Below the pieces are notes generated by a model. The model had not been told where the DNA came from and ran no database searches. It worked only from the letters and a program-made list of their open reading frames with translations. 64,000 nucleotides of DNA from NCBI RefSeq assembly GCF_018350175.1, contig NC_058368.1:237028001-237092000 (forward strand), given 5' to 3'. The number at the start of each line of letters is the position of its first letter. Within the stretch, counting starts at the first letter, position 1. Positions 51,344 to 62,162 of the stretch are shown here, in pieces. The position numbers and the translations under genes are program-made. The stretch comes from Felis catus. Lineage: Eukaryota.

Positions 51344-52834
51344 GGCCAATTCCAGAAACCTTCTGCACGAGATCTTTCCTGCCCTGGCTGGGTCCTCTGG
51401 GTCATTCCCTCCCCTGCACCAGATTTGCTCTCCTGGAAGCCCGTGGTACGAGGAAGGGCCCCAACAGGTGCTGGTGGATGGACAGCATCCATCACGGTTC
51501 CCGAAACCACGCTGACAGATCACGGGAGGACAGCAGTCTCGCGGTTTCAGTGTCCAAGCTGGCGGGTCCTGATGCCAGACGAAGGGGTGCAGAACAGCGC
51601 AGCTGTGTGGGAAACATGGTTTTTAAGTAAGTGGGGTTTGTCGATTCTCTCCCTGCCAGAACCAGCCTCTTTATTTCGGAAAACAGCACTCGGGCTTTGC
51701 TCAGATTTACCTCCCAGTGCTTCCCCCACGCTTTTAAAAGGAAATGAGTGCGGAACCCGGGCAGCTGTCCCCGGACACCAGCTCACACCCACGGAGCAGG
51801 AGAGGGCCTCCGGCTCGTCCGCCTCCGCGGGGCGAGCCTGGAAACACTCGGATGGCTGTGGCACTGCCGGGGGCAGCCTGACTTCTGTGCGTCCGAGCCC
51901 CCACTTGGGATCGACTTTTCCCGGGGCCCCGGGCGGCCGCATTCCCGGCCGCCTCCCTCTCTCTGCAGGGCCTTGCAAGGTCCCCAGGAGCAGGCAGGGT
52001 CGTTTCAGGAGCCTCAGGTCAGGTGGAGTGCTAGTGGGGCAGCCTGGGGTCAGGATGATCCGGGCGGGGACAGGGGGCAGGGAGCCAGCATATTGTTCCC
52101 AGGGCGAGCCTTTCTCGGGCCCGATGTGTCTTCGGTCCTGGAATTCGGCTCCCCCGCCTCGCACGGGGAGTGTTGCTAGGGCGCACACGGCAAATCAAGG
52201 CAAATTTGAGGCCCAGCCATGAAAGCGGTAGGTCTATTGTTCCTGGTTGTGTAATTGGTGATCAAGGAGGCCGTAAAACGGCGGCCGCAAAGGGCGGGGC
52301 ATTGAAGCGGCCCGTCCCCAGGCAGGCAGCTATGTGGAACAGCCACCTTCACCCTCCCGTGAACCAGGGTTTATGGAAAGGCCTGATGGCCGCCTCTTGT
52401 CTCGCCTCCGGGAGGAGGCGGGCGCAAGAAGAAGGGGAAAATCAAAACTAAAGAGAATTAATGAGCCTTCACATATTGTCCTGTTTCTTTTGTTGTTAAA
52501 AAAAAACCTCTGGGTGAAAACGAAGAAGTCAGAGGACAGTGTCTGGAGACGAAACCATTAATATCAGGCTGTAAATCCCACAAAACATTAACTTCATTAC
52601 ATGGCAATCACTCCGTAATTGGCAGGAGGAAATCCCGCCTCTCGTCGCTTACCGTTTGTGTGGGAGTCAGCACCTCTGCTTCTGGCAAAGGTCACACCCC
52701 GATGACAGGTCCCGGTGAGTGTGACATGAGGGCATGTGACTCTCTTTGCCAGTACCCACGGCATCGGGCACTCGGGTGTCTGGGTTTTTCTCCGGGTTTC
52801 ACATGAGACCTGCTATAACTTGGGAACAATGTGA

Positions 52835-54100
52835 TGCATGGGTGTGCGTGCGCAAACGTGCGTGGGGGTGTGCCCATGTGTGGGTGTGTGTGCCCATGTG
52901 TGGGTGTGTGTGCACATGTGTTCGTGTGTGAGCGTGCATGGGAATGTGTCCACATGTGGGGGGTGTGAGCATGCATGGGAGTGTGGGGGGGTGTGCATTG
53001 TGAGGGTGTGAGTGTGCATGGGTGTGTGTGCACATGTGGGGGTGTGCATATGTGCAGGGGGTGTGCATATGTGCGGGGGGGGTGTACATGTGGGGGGGTG
53101 TGAGCATGTGCGAGGGTGTGTGCACATGTGTGGGTGTGTGAGCATGCATGGGAATGTGTCCACATGTAGGGGGTGTGAGCATGCATGGGAGTGTGGGGGG
53201 GTGTGCACTGTGAGGGTGTGAGTGTGCATGGGTGTGTGTGCACATCTGGGGGTGTGCATATGTGCAGGGGTGCGTGCATAGGTGTGGGTGTGTGCACATG
53301 AGCAAGGGTTTGTACAAATGTGTGTGACACACGTTTGTGTATGTGTGTGTGAGTGTGCATGGGTGTGTGTGCACATGTGGGGTGTGCACATGTGTGGATG
53401 TGTGAGCATGCATGGGTGTGTGTGCCCATGTGTTCGTGTGTGAGCGTGCATGGGAGTGTGTGCACATGTGGCAGGTGTGAGCGTGCATGGGAGTGTGGGG
53501 GGTGTGCATTGTGAGGGTGTGAGTATGCATGGGTGTGTGCACATGTGGGGTGTGCATATGTGCGGGGGGGTGTGCATGTGTGCAGGGGTGTGTGCATAGT
53601 TGTGGGTGTGTGCACATGAGCAAGGGTGTGTGCAAATGTGTGACACACGTGTGTGTATATATGCGTGTCTGTGTGTGAGCGTGCATGGGTGTGTGTGCAC
53701 ATGTGGGGTGTGCATATGTGCAGGGGGGTGCATATGTGCGGGGGTGCGTGCATAGGTGTGGGTGTGTGCACATGAGCAAGGGTTTGTACAAATGTGTGTG
53801 ACACACGTTTGTGTGTGTGTGTGAGTGTGCATGGGTGTGTGTGTACATGTGGGGTATGCACATGTGTGGGTGTGTGAGCATGCATGGGTGTGTGTGCACA
53901 TGTGTTCGTGTGTGAGCATGCATGGGTATGTGCACATGTGGGGCGTGCATATGTGCGGGGGTGTGTGCATAGGTGTGGGTGTGTGCACATGAGCAAGGGT
54001 GTGTGCAAATGTGTGTGACACACATGTGTGTGTATATATGCGTGTCTGCGTGTGGGCGGCTCAGGGGTGTGTGTGGATGCCCCGGGTGTGTGCATGGATG
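52835..54100. repeat. Large TG-rich compound tandem array with higher-order duplications
   Basis: Built from TGTG, GCATG, GCACATGTG and G runs. GGGAATGTGTCCACATGT at 52940 and 53150; GAGCAAGGGT at 53300, 53618, 53774 and 53991. Confidence 0.96.
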
Positions 54101-54859
54101 CACGCCTGTCTCTGGGGCACGTTTGTTTACTCTTTCAGGAGTCTTTCTCGGTGACGCCGTAGAAGTCACCGTGGGAGCTGACCCTGTCAAAGCACGGGCC
54201 GTCCTGTTTGAAAACAGTCCACAAGGGCAATTAGTGCCCAGCGCGCCCTGCCCCTGCAGCCGTCTCCGAACACTGGGTGCGCCCGTGGGCAGGAAGTCCT
54301 TGCCCCACACGGGCCAGGGGGCCGGCGGGGACGCCGCACTGAGGAGCACCTCCCTTGCCCGCCGCCCTCCTCTCCCGGCAGGAGACCCTCCACGCCCGCC
54401 CGTGCCTGCAGGGCGGTGGCAGGGCCACACGTGCGGCTGAGCTTGACCCCAGCGTGTGCCGCTTTTCACTTGCGATCAAGGCCGTCATCTCAAAAGCGCC
54501 ACGTTTCCGAGCACCCGGAGACGTCGAGCTTTAAAACACACGAGCTGCCCTGGCCGGGAGCACCTATCGGCCTGCACACGGCCAACAGCCCAGCGCCCAC
54601 TCCTTTTCAGAACGAGAAGCCCCTCCCCTCAGGCAAACTCTCCTCTCCCTGACCCCCGCCCGGAGACAGGAACTCAAAATCCCCTCCGTGTTCGTGTCAT
54701 GGGGGGCCGCGTTTCTCCGAGGGGTCTTGCAGGCGGCACTGGGCTCGGCCACACCTGGCGGAGCCCCTCTTAGCAGGTGCGTGTGGCCCGGAAGGCGAGA
54801 CCGGTGAAACGTGCAAATGCTGCCTGCTGAGACGAGCCAGCTTGGGCTGGCACGTGGGC

Positions 54860-55340
54860 CACTCCACACGGACACACACACGTGTGCATGTGCACACGCG
54901 GGCCACACACATGCACGTGCTCACGCGGGCTGCACATGTTTGCATGTACACACAGGAAGCACACACGTGTCCGTATGCACATGCACGAAGCACACGTGTG
55001 TACATGCACACGCTCACGCGTGCACATACCCCAAACATGCACGTGCACACACCATACACACATCTGCACACACACCACACACACACCATACACACGCATG
55101 CACACACATCACACACATACACACACAGAAAACACATATGCACCACACATGCACACACCACACACATGTACACACATGTACACTTAACACACACACGTAT
55201 ACCCACAATACACCACACACACACACACACACACCAGTACACAAACGACATATCACACACATGCACACACAGACACAGACACAAATGCACACCCACACCA
55301 TAGTACTCACCACATACATACGCGCACATGTGCAAACACC
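54860..55340. repeat. CA-rich low-complexity array
   Basis: Interrupted CACA/CATG/CACG runs, opposite in polarity to the 52835-54100 array. Confidence 0.94.
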
Positions 55341-55539
55341 CCCCCCCCAGAGTGATGTATCAGTGGATAAAATCCTATAAAATAAAACGCTATCAGAAAG
55401 CCTCATAAGAGAATTTGAAAAGGGGGTTCAGGCAGTGGTGTGGACCCTATGGTTACAGCAATTCTGCTTAAACACATAGACATGTTTTGTAAGATGCAAT
55501 TTTTAAAAAATTTTTAACATTCATGGTTTCACAGAACAA

Positions 55540-55631
55540 TTGAGGGAAGCCGGGTGAAGGGTAGGAAGAAAGCCTCTGCCTCGTATTTAAACATCCTGTG
55601 AGCTTACAATTAGTTTGAAATAAAAAGGTTG
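55540..55631 (+). mobile_element. Old L1M 3'-terminal remnant
   Basis: GGGAAGCCGGGTGAAGGGTA...CCTGTGAGCTTACAATTAGTTTGAAATAAAAAGGTT resembles L1MC/L1MD-type 3' ends. Confidence 0.6.
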
Positions 55632-56221
55632 CTTTTAAGTATACAGCTGAGCTCAAATGGCACATCTCCCAGTGCCTGGGAATTTTGTTTTAAGTGAGCT
55701 GAGATGAACCCATAGACCGCCATCACGGTGACCTGTCACCTGGCGTGGGTGCTGGCTGGGGGCCGGCTGGCCTTCCACAGCCCCCAGGCACCCCGACCTC
55801 GGGCCAGGGAGGCCAGGAGTTGCAAAGACTCATAACTCAGCAGCCGCTGCTGCTTCCTTGTAAGGCAGCGCGAGGAATCGGTCCCAGTGTTCAGGGACGT
55901 AGCACGGAGGCTACTGACCTGCTTAGGAAGAGGAAACTGTCTCTTAAAATCACGGGCATACGGGCCTGTCCCACAAAACGTGGGGGTTGGCACTTTCCTT
56001 ACCTCGGGCGTGAATATCCAGGGCTGGTCCAGAGCCCAGACCCCAGGGGAACCAATGAGATGTTCCTCCGGGCCAACCGAGCTCCAACCGAAGAGAGAAA
56101 CAAAACAGGAAGGGAAAAAAGAAACGCTAAGCCGCAACATGCCGAAGCACCCCCAAGAGCTGCGAATATCGTAACAATCCCGGAGATATGATAGAATCAG
56201 TATGCCCAACGTTCTCGAAAA

Positions 56222-56976
56222 GGGAAAGCGGTAGCGAGCGCCTCGAAAAGTGACACCGAGGGGCGCCTGGGTGGCTCAGTCGGTTGAGCGTCCGACTTCG
56301 GCTCAGGTCATGATCTCACAGCTCGTGAGCTCGAGCCCCGCGTCGGGCTCTGTGCTGACGGCTCAGAGCCTGGAGCCTGCTTCGGATTCTGTGTCTTCGT
56401 CTCTCTGCCCCTAACCCACTTGCATTCTGTCTCTGTCTCTCTCAAAAATAAACATTAAAAAAAAAAAATTAAAAAAAGAAAAAGAAAAGTGACACTGAGA
56501 GCTGCCACGTGGTCCAGAAAGTGCTCTTCTGGCTATGTGTCCCCAAAACTAACGCTTGTGTGCTCACGGCCGTGGTTGCGCCACCCACAATAGCCGAGAG
56601 GTGGACACGGTCAGTGTGTGTGGACACAGCATGGCCCCCCACGCAGCGGAACAGCATTCAGCCTTGAAAGGGAAAGGACTTCCAATATGCGCCACGACAC
56701 GGATAAAACTCGAGGACATCGTGCTGAGTGAAATAAGCCAGACGTGCAAGCCCAAATGTTGTAAGATTTCACTTCCGGACAATATCTGGAGAGCTTCGAT
56801 GCTGTCCAGGGCGGGAGGAGGCACGCTTTCATTCCGGGAAGGTGACAAGGCTCTGCGGACGCCTCGCGGGGACTGTCACTCAACAGTGTGAATGGACTTC
56901 ATGCCGCTGAACTGTGACTCAGAAAGGCTAACGCGACAAATCTTGTGACATGTCTATTTTAACACGTCTTTTAAAA
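56222..56976 (+). mobile_element. L1MB-like L1 3' fragment interrupted by a SINE
   Basis: CATTCAGCCTTGAAAGGGAAAGGA...CTCGAGGACATCGTGCTGAGTGAAATAAGCCAG...GTGAATGGACTTCATGCCGCTGAACTGT...TATTTTAACAC...AAAAA. Confidence 0.87.
56260..56483 (+). mobile_element. Felid Can-SINE (SINEC_Fc type), low divergence
   Basis: GGGGCGCCTGGGTGGCTCAGTCGGTTGAGCGTCCGACTTCGGCTCAGGTCATGATCTC..., CpGs retained, long A tail. 15 bp TSD GAAAAGTGACACCGA (56245-56259) / GAAAAGTGACACTGA (56484-56498). Confidence 0.98.
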
Positions 56977-57579
56977 AGTTCTCAGGGATTAGAAGAGGAC
57001 GAACGGAAAGTGCCGTAAGGTGAGAACACCGCACCGGCGGAAGTCGGAGGCTCCGAGCAGGACGGTGTTCACACGGGAAGAGAGAATGGGGGGGACCCTC
57101 GTTCCTGAAATCACGGGTGCGCCATGCGCCACGTGGACGAGAGGAGCTGCCCCGGAGGTTGGATGCGCTCGGTGCTCCACACACACCGCCTCGTGCTCCC
57201 ACGAACCCCGTGAGGTCGGTGTGGTTACTGTCCCCGGTTCACCACACCGGGAGGGGCATGGCCCCCGGCCCCCGCATCCAGCTGGCGCTCTCAGATGTGC
57301 GTCTTTCGGCCCCTTTGGGCACAAGCGTCCCGGCCGCTGTTCTGTAAGGACAGATGGAAAATGCAATGATTTGCTAGGGACCAGAGGCTGCCCCGGGGGG
57401 CAAAGTGGGAAGAGAGTGCAGGTGTCGCGAGCCCTGGAACAGGCTTCCTTCAACCCAGATCTGCCTTCTCGGACCCTCCCCGATCCGAGATTCACAGCGG
57501 CCGGAGGGATGTCTGCCAACCCCGGGGCAGGGTGCCTCCCTCGGGTCTGTGTGATGGGGCCACGGAGGGGGAGCGCGAC

Positions 57580-57830
57580 TGTGTCGGAGGCCCGGAGATG
57601 CCGTGACAAATCACCACTACCTGGGGGCTCCACGCCGCGGAAACCCCTGTCCTCACAGTTCTGGGAGCCAGACATCCGGATCCAGGCGTGGACAGCGTCA
57701 CAGTCCTCTGAAGTGTCTGGAACGTGATTCCTCCTTGCTTCTTCCTGCCTCTGGAGGCACCGGGCAGCCCGGGGACGTGGCCTCATCCCTCCCATCCTGC
57801 CACCATGGCCACACCGTCTTCTCGGAGTCT
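57580..57830 (-). mobile_element. MLT1 (MLT1C-like) LTR fragment
   Basis: TGCCGTGACAAATCACCACTACCTGGGGGCT...CTCACAGTTCTGGGAGCCAGA...CCTTGCTTCTTCCTGCCTCTGG resembles the reverse-complement MLT1 3' half. Confidence 0.78.
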
Positions 57831-58644
57831 CCGGTGGCCGTCTGCACGGGATGGGGAGCCAGGGCTCTTCTCGGGGCCACACTTTGTACCTCACCCTTTG
57901 GGTCCTGCTGGGACCTGAGTCGACCTGAGGTCTGGAAGCCCAGGAAGCTGATGACACGAGGGGAACAAGGAGAGGCTACCTCGGGGGCCATCACGCTCTG
58001 TCCTCAGGCCAGGCAGGTTTACTCCTCAGACGGGGTGAGCTGGTGCTTCCACGAGCAGAGTCGACGCATCGGCGTCAGGGACCCGGCTGCACAGCACCGG
58101 CGGGGCTCTTCACACATCCCCGCCCCAATCTCCGGGCACCACTCCTTTCCAGCCCCTTGCCGTCGCCTTGACCGGGGCGCCCTGAGGTGAGGACTTCAAA
58201 CCTCGTTGCAGTTCAGTCACCCACTGGACGAAACCCACTTTGCCTTTCGGAAACATCAGGCCCACGGCTACGGGAGGAAAAATTTCTTGCGGGGAAGACA
58301 GAAACTTCCGGGTCTCCTGTGTACAGCTGAGCTCATTCTTCCCCACGTTCTGCACAAAGCTGGGAGCGACCAGCCTATCTCATCACACCCGTCACCTTGA
58401 GCGCACCGCACTGCGACCCGACGGACGCGGTCAGCCGGAACAGAGGTGGCTGAGGGTGCTCTGCGGTGATACCTTGCCTGTCTCTGCGGCCACATCCCGG
58501 CACGATGATGTCTCCGCCTGGAAGGAGCCTTCTCAGTGTCTTCAGAGCCAATCCCACGAGGAGCCGAGTCCCCAAACGCCAAGGCCACTTCAGAAAACCC
58601 GTCCTTCGGGCCGTGTTCCTCCGCAGCCCCCGGGGACCCGAATC

Positions 58645-59025
58645 TGTACCAGCTCGGGTCTGAGCAGAGAAACAGAAGCGGCCGGAGACTGTAGCCGCAG
58701 CGAAGATATAAGTGTGGTGGGAGCGGCCGTGCGGGCGTACTGACAGGGTGACCAGGGCGGCCTGGAACGCATAGGACGGGCGGGCAGGCAGGGAAGTCTC
58801 GGCCGCAAGGGCGTGCCGCCTTCCCGTCCGGGCATTTCCTCACCTTCCTCGGGGAAACCTCAGCTCTGCTCTTGAGGACTTGGAACTGCTGGGATCAGAC
58901 TCACTCAGATTATTAGGGAAGCCTGCTGAGGTCGGTTGAGCATAGATGATAATCGCATCCACCAACCACCTCCTCAGCATCAGCTAGATGGGTGTTTGAT
59001 GAATAACTCGATAGCACAAGTCAGT
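58645..59025 (-). mobile_element. MLT2F-like ERVL LTR
   Basis: AGCAGAGAAACAGAAGC...GGGGAAACCTCAGCTCTGCTCTTGAGG...GATCAGACTCACTCAGATTAT...CTAGATGGGTGTTTGATGAATAACT. Confidence 0.82.
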
Positions 59026-60292
59026 CCCTGGGATGAAACCCAGCTGCAGAGACGACAGCCAACAGCAGAGTCATCCACCCACCGCCTCTCCCGTGACCGA
59101 GCACCCCCCACCCCTGCACAAACCAGCTCTTGGCGTCCATTTTGGGTGAGGTCACGATCGCTCCCGCAGGCCGCACCCCCCGCGGACACGCACTCATGTG
59201 CGCACACGTGTTCTCTGCTTCCCCTCTGACCACATTCTCAGGATCTTCTCTCTGCCCACCGTTCTTTCCCTTCCCAGTGGACCCAACTCAAGCCTCCTGT
59301 TGTCTTACAAATGTCCCTTCTGCGTGTACCTGCCCCACTGATCCCCATCTGGCTTGATATCTATGAATGGCACTGTTTTGAATCATTAACTGGGGACGTA
59401 GTCCTTCCCTGGGGCTGCCGTCCACCCAGGGCGAGGACTGCACGCTGCCTGCCTCAGTGACAAGAAAGCACAGACCAAAGAGGAACCCTCAGAGAAGTCC
59501 ATTCTGGTCTCTTGCCACCAAAATAGTCTCCTAAGGCCCAAGGAAATACTTGAGTTTCGAAAGACATGTGTTTTTTCTTTTCCTTGTGAGGAGACAGACA
59601 TCAACATAGATCATGAAGAACAGAGGAGCCGACAGACCCTTCTCTGGGACAAGGGCTTGAGAGACAGAATCCAAGAAGAATCTAGCAATTTCCTGATGGG
59701 GTCTCCTGAGGATGGGGCCTGTGTTTTGTGCCCTAGGCCAGAATCCCCAGGAAAAGGGTAGTGATAGAAAGCACAGAAGATTCTGGGCCTTCAAGACTGT
59801 TGAATCTCTGTGTCTAGAATTTGCTGCCAGCCTCCAGCATCCCTGCTGTGCCTGCAACCAAAGCCTCAGAGTAGAGATGACAGCCTTGCCCACCTGGGCA
59901 GAGGGACATGTGTGTCTGTATGTGTTGGGGGGGCGGCGGCCAAGCCACGTTTCCCACGTGCCCTCAAGGACTGAAAGAAGAGGGCACACAGCAATCCACC
60001 TGGGGAGACGGTGGGAAGAACGGATGAGCATCTGGGTTGAGAACCATCCCGCCCTGAGCAGCTCCCCAAGCTTGGAATGTCAGCCCGCTCCCAGAGGGCT
60101 CTTGGCACCCCCAAAGGACAAAGAAGATGGAACCAGCAAATCACTGAAACTTACCGGGTGGGGATGGAATTCAATTTTTCTGCTCCCCTGGAGCAAGCAG
60201 GTTGGGCTTTGGAAAAACCAGGTTGTTTGATCGTACATGTGGGATTTCCGCCCCTAAATATTCTTCAGCCTTTGTTATATTTTAACTGCAAT

Positions 60293-60402
60293 TGTTCGTC
60301 CATTCGCTTGTTCAACACATATCTATTGGGCACCTACTACATACTTAGCACTGCTCTAGGTCCCAGGGACAGATCAGTGAAGACACAGATACAAATTTCT
60401 GC
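60293..60402 (-). mobile_element. L2 3'-terminal fragment
   Basis: TTCAACACATATCTATTGGGCACCTACTACATACTTAGCACTGCTCTAGGTCCCAGGGACAGATCAGTGAAGAC. Confidence 0.85.
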
Positions 60403-61928
60403 TTAGAGAGGAAAAAAAAAAAAAAAGGCCCATCAGGACAGACATCTGTGACTTGCTTGTATTCATTTTCTTTTTCAATTATAAATTTCAGATTCGTCAG
60501 ACCAGCCATCTTGGAGATTCCTTTGCCTCTCCCCAGTTTCCACCATTGATGGTGGACCTTCCGCTTTTGTGCAGGTTGTTGGGTTTTTTGTTAAATGTTT
60601 GTAAAAATTAATGAACAAATTAATGAGTGACTCGGCTTTATCGTGTGAGAAAAAGTGCATTTATGAAAATGAGCAAACCAATTAGTCTCGACAGACTGTG
60701 GCCGTGTCCCCGCGTGAGGACAGGATTGCAGTAAAACCATCAGCACTTTGCCCAATTGCCTATTTTAACCACTGATTGGTTTGCCTTAAGTCTGCTGATT
60801 GCTTTTCAAATGGCTGTGTTTTTCTTCCACCAGAATTCTTTTTAACTTTATGTGGATAGACAGTTCATTTACTTACTAGAACAAGCTATTCCAGGGTCAC
60901 GGCTCGCATCAATCCTCAGCCTTGTTTTAGTGCACAAGGCCTCCCCAGAACAAAGCCGTCACCTTGGCTGTCATAATTCTGCCCAAAACAGGTGCATTTA
61001 CAGCGGGCACTGTAGCCCGACAGGAGTCCGTGCCTCTCTCACACCTGCGAAGACGAGAAGCAAGTCGAAAATCCATAGCCTTTTTATGCTTTGCAGAATT
61101 CCTGGCATTTCCCTAAGTGGTTAAAGTGGCTTGTGATAATTGGCTACTGTATTACTCAGAAGGAATAGAACAGAAGAAACAGTCATGCCCTTCAGTCGTC
61201 TCCGGAGCAGCGGTGCTCTTCTGAGTGGGTGCCAAGTTCAAGACGCGTCCCAAACGGGCCCACGTTGGTGGCGAGGCTTTGTTTGTTTTGGTTCTCAGAT
61301 GAAGTAATCTCGAGAATGCGAACGGCCGGGAGTCTGCCAAATTAGTCAATTGCGTGATGCTTGGTGTTCGCGACACTGGGGCTAAGGTTTGGGATTTTCG
61401 GGTGTGTGAGGGCTAGCGTGTAAATAAGGCCAGAGGTGTGCCTACCTTGCTGGTCACGTTTTTCTTTCCTCACGTGCGTCTGGGGGTCCTCGCGCAGAGG
61501 CGGCAGCTGTGTTCTGGGGCATCCGGGGTGCTTCTGGAGGCCGAGCACAGCCGAGCAGGTTTTGGAATACGGTGAGGAGGAACTTGCTCTGTGGATCTGT
61601 CTTGTGGCCTCTAACCCACCTGGACAGTGAGGGTCTGACTCCCGGGTCAGCCGCTTTCCGGAGGCCGATCTGAATTCAGACCTGAAACAATTCATGTGCC
61701 CTGGCCTGAAACAATTTACACCTGAACCCAAATCACGGACCCTGTCGTTCTAAGAAGCTCCTTACGACACAGTTCTCTGGAGTGTTAAGTGCACTTATGC
61801 ATCTGGAGCAGGCAGTACGCCCTCACTGAAGGAAAACCAAGAAGGATGGCGGAAGAATCTAGAAACTTGATCCTTCTCGAAATGATCAAGGACAGCTGAT
61901 TATTTTTACCTATGAAATTATTATTTTA

Positions 61929-62162
61929 GGGGCACGTGGTGGCTCAGTCGGTTAAGTGTCTGACTTGGGCTCAGGTCATGATCTCACAGTTCCTGAGTTC
62001 AAGCCCCACATGGGGCTCTGTGCTGACAGCTCAGAGCCTGGAGCCTGCTTCTGATTCTCTCTCTCTCTCTCTCTCTCTCTCTCCTTCTCTCGCTGCCCCT
62101 CCCCCACTCATGCTCTGTCTTTCTCCCTCTCAAAAATAAATAATAAACATTAAAAAAAATTT
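61929..62162 (+). mobile_element. Felid Can-SINE (SINEC_Fc type), CpG-decayed, with (CT)n expansion
   Basis: GGGGCACGTGGTGGCTCAGTCGGTTAAGTGTCTGACTTGGGCTCAGGTCATGATCTC...; ATTATTTTA occurs on both flanks. Confidence 0.96.

Noticed and set aside
50662..51630. 322 aa + strand ORF
   Set aside because: It reads through a decayed MLT1 LTR and resembles no protein I recognise.
52692..54469. Three long minus-strand ORFs (467, 556 and 402 aa) rich in His, Thr, Pro and Cys
   Set aside because: They are translations of the TG/CA array, which lacks stop codons in all frames; there is no domain-like sequence.
56260..56345. tRNA-like A/B-box sequence
   Set aside because: It is the tRNA-derived head of a Can-SINE, not a tRNA gene; the same applies to the other SINE heads.
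56989..57957. 322 aa minus-strand ORF
   Set aside because: It overlaps an MLT1 fragment and has the Arg/Pro/Gly bias typical of GC-rich non-coding DNA.
61681..61726. CCTGAAACAATT repeated at 61681 and 61705, containing a SOX-like AACAAT
   Set aside because: Small local duplication with no other support for function.
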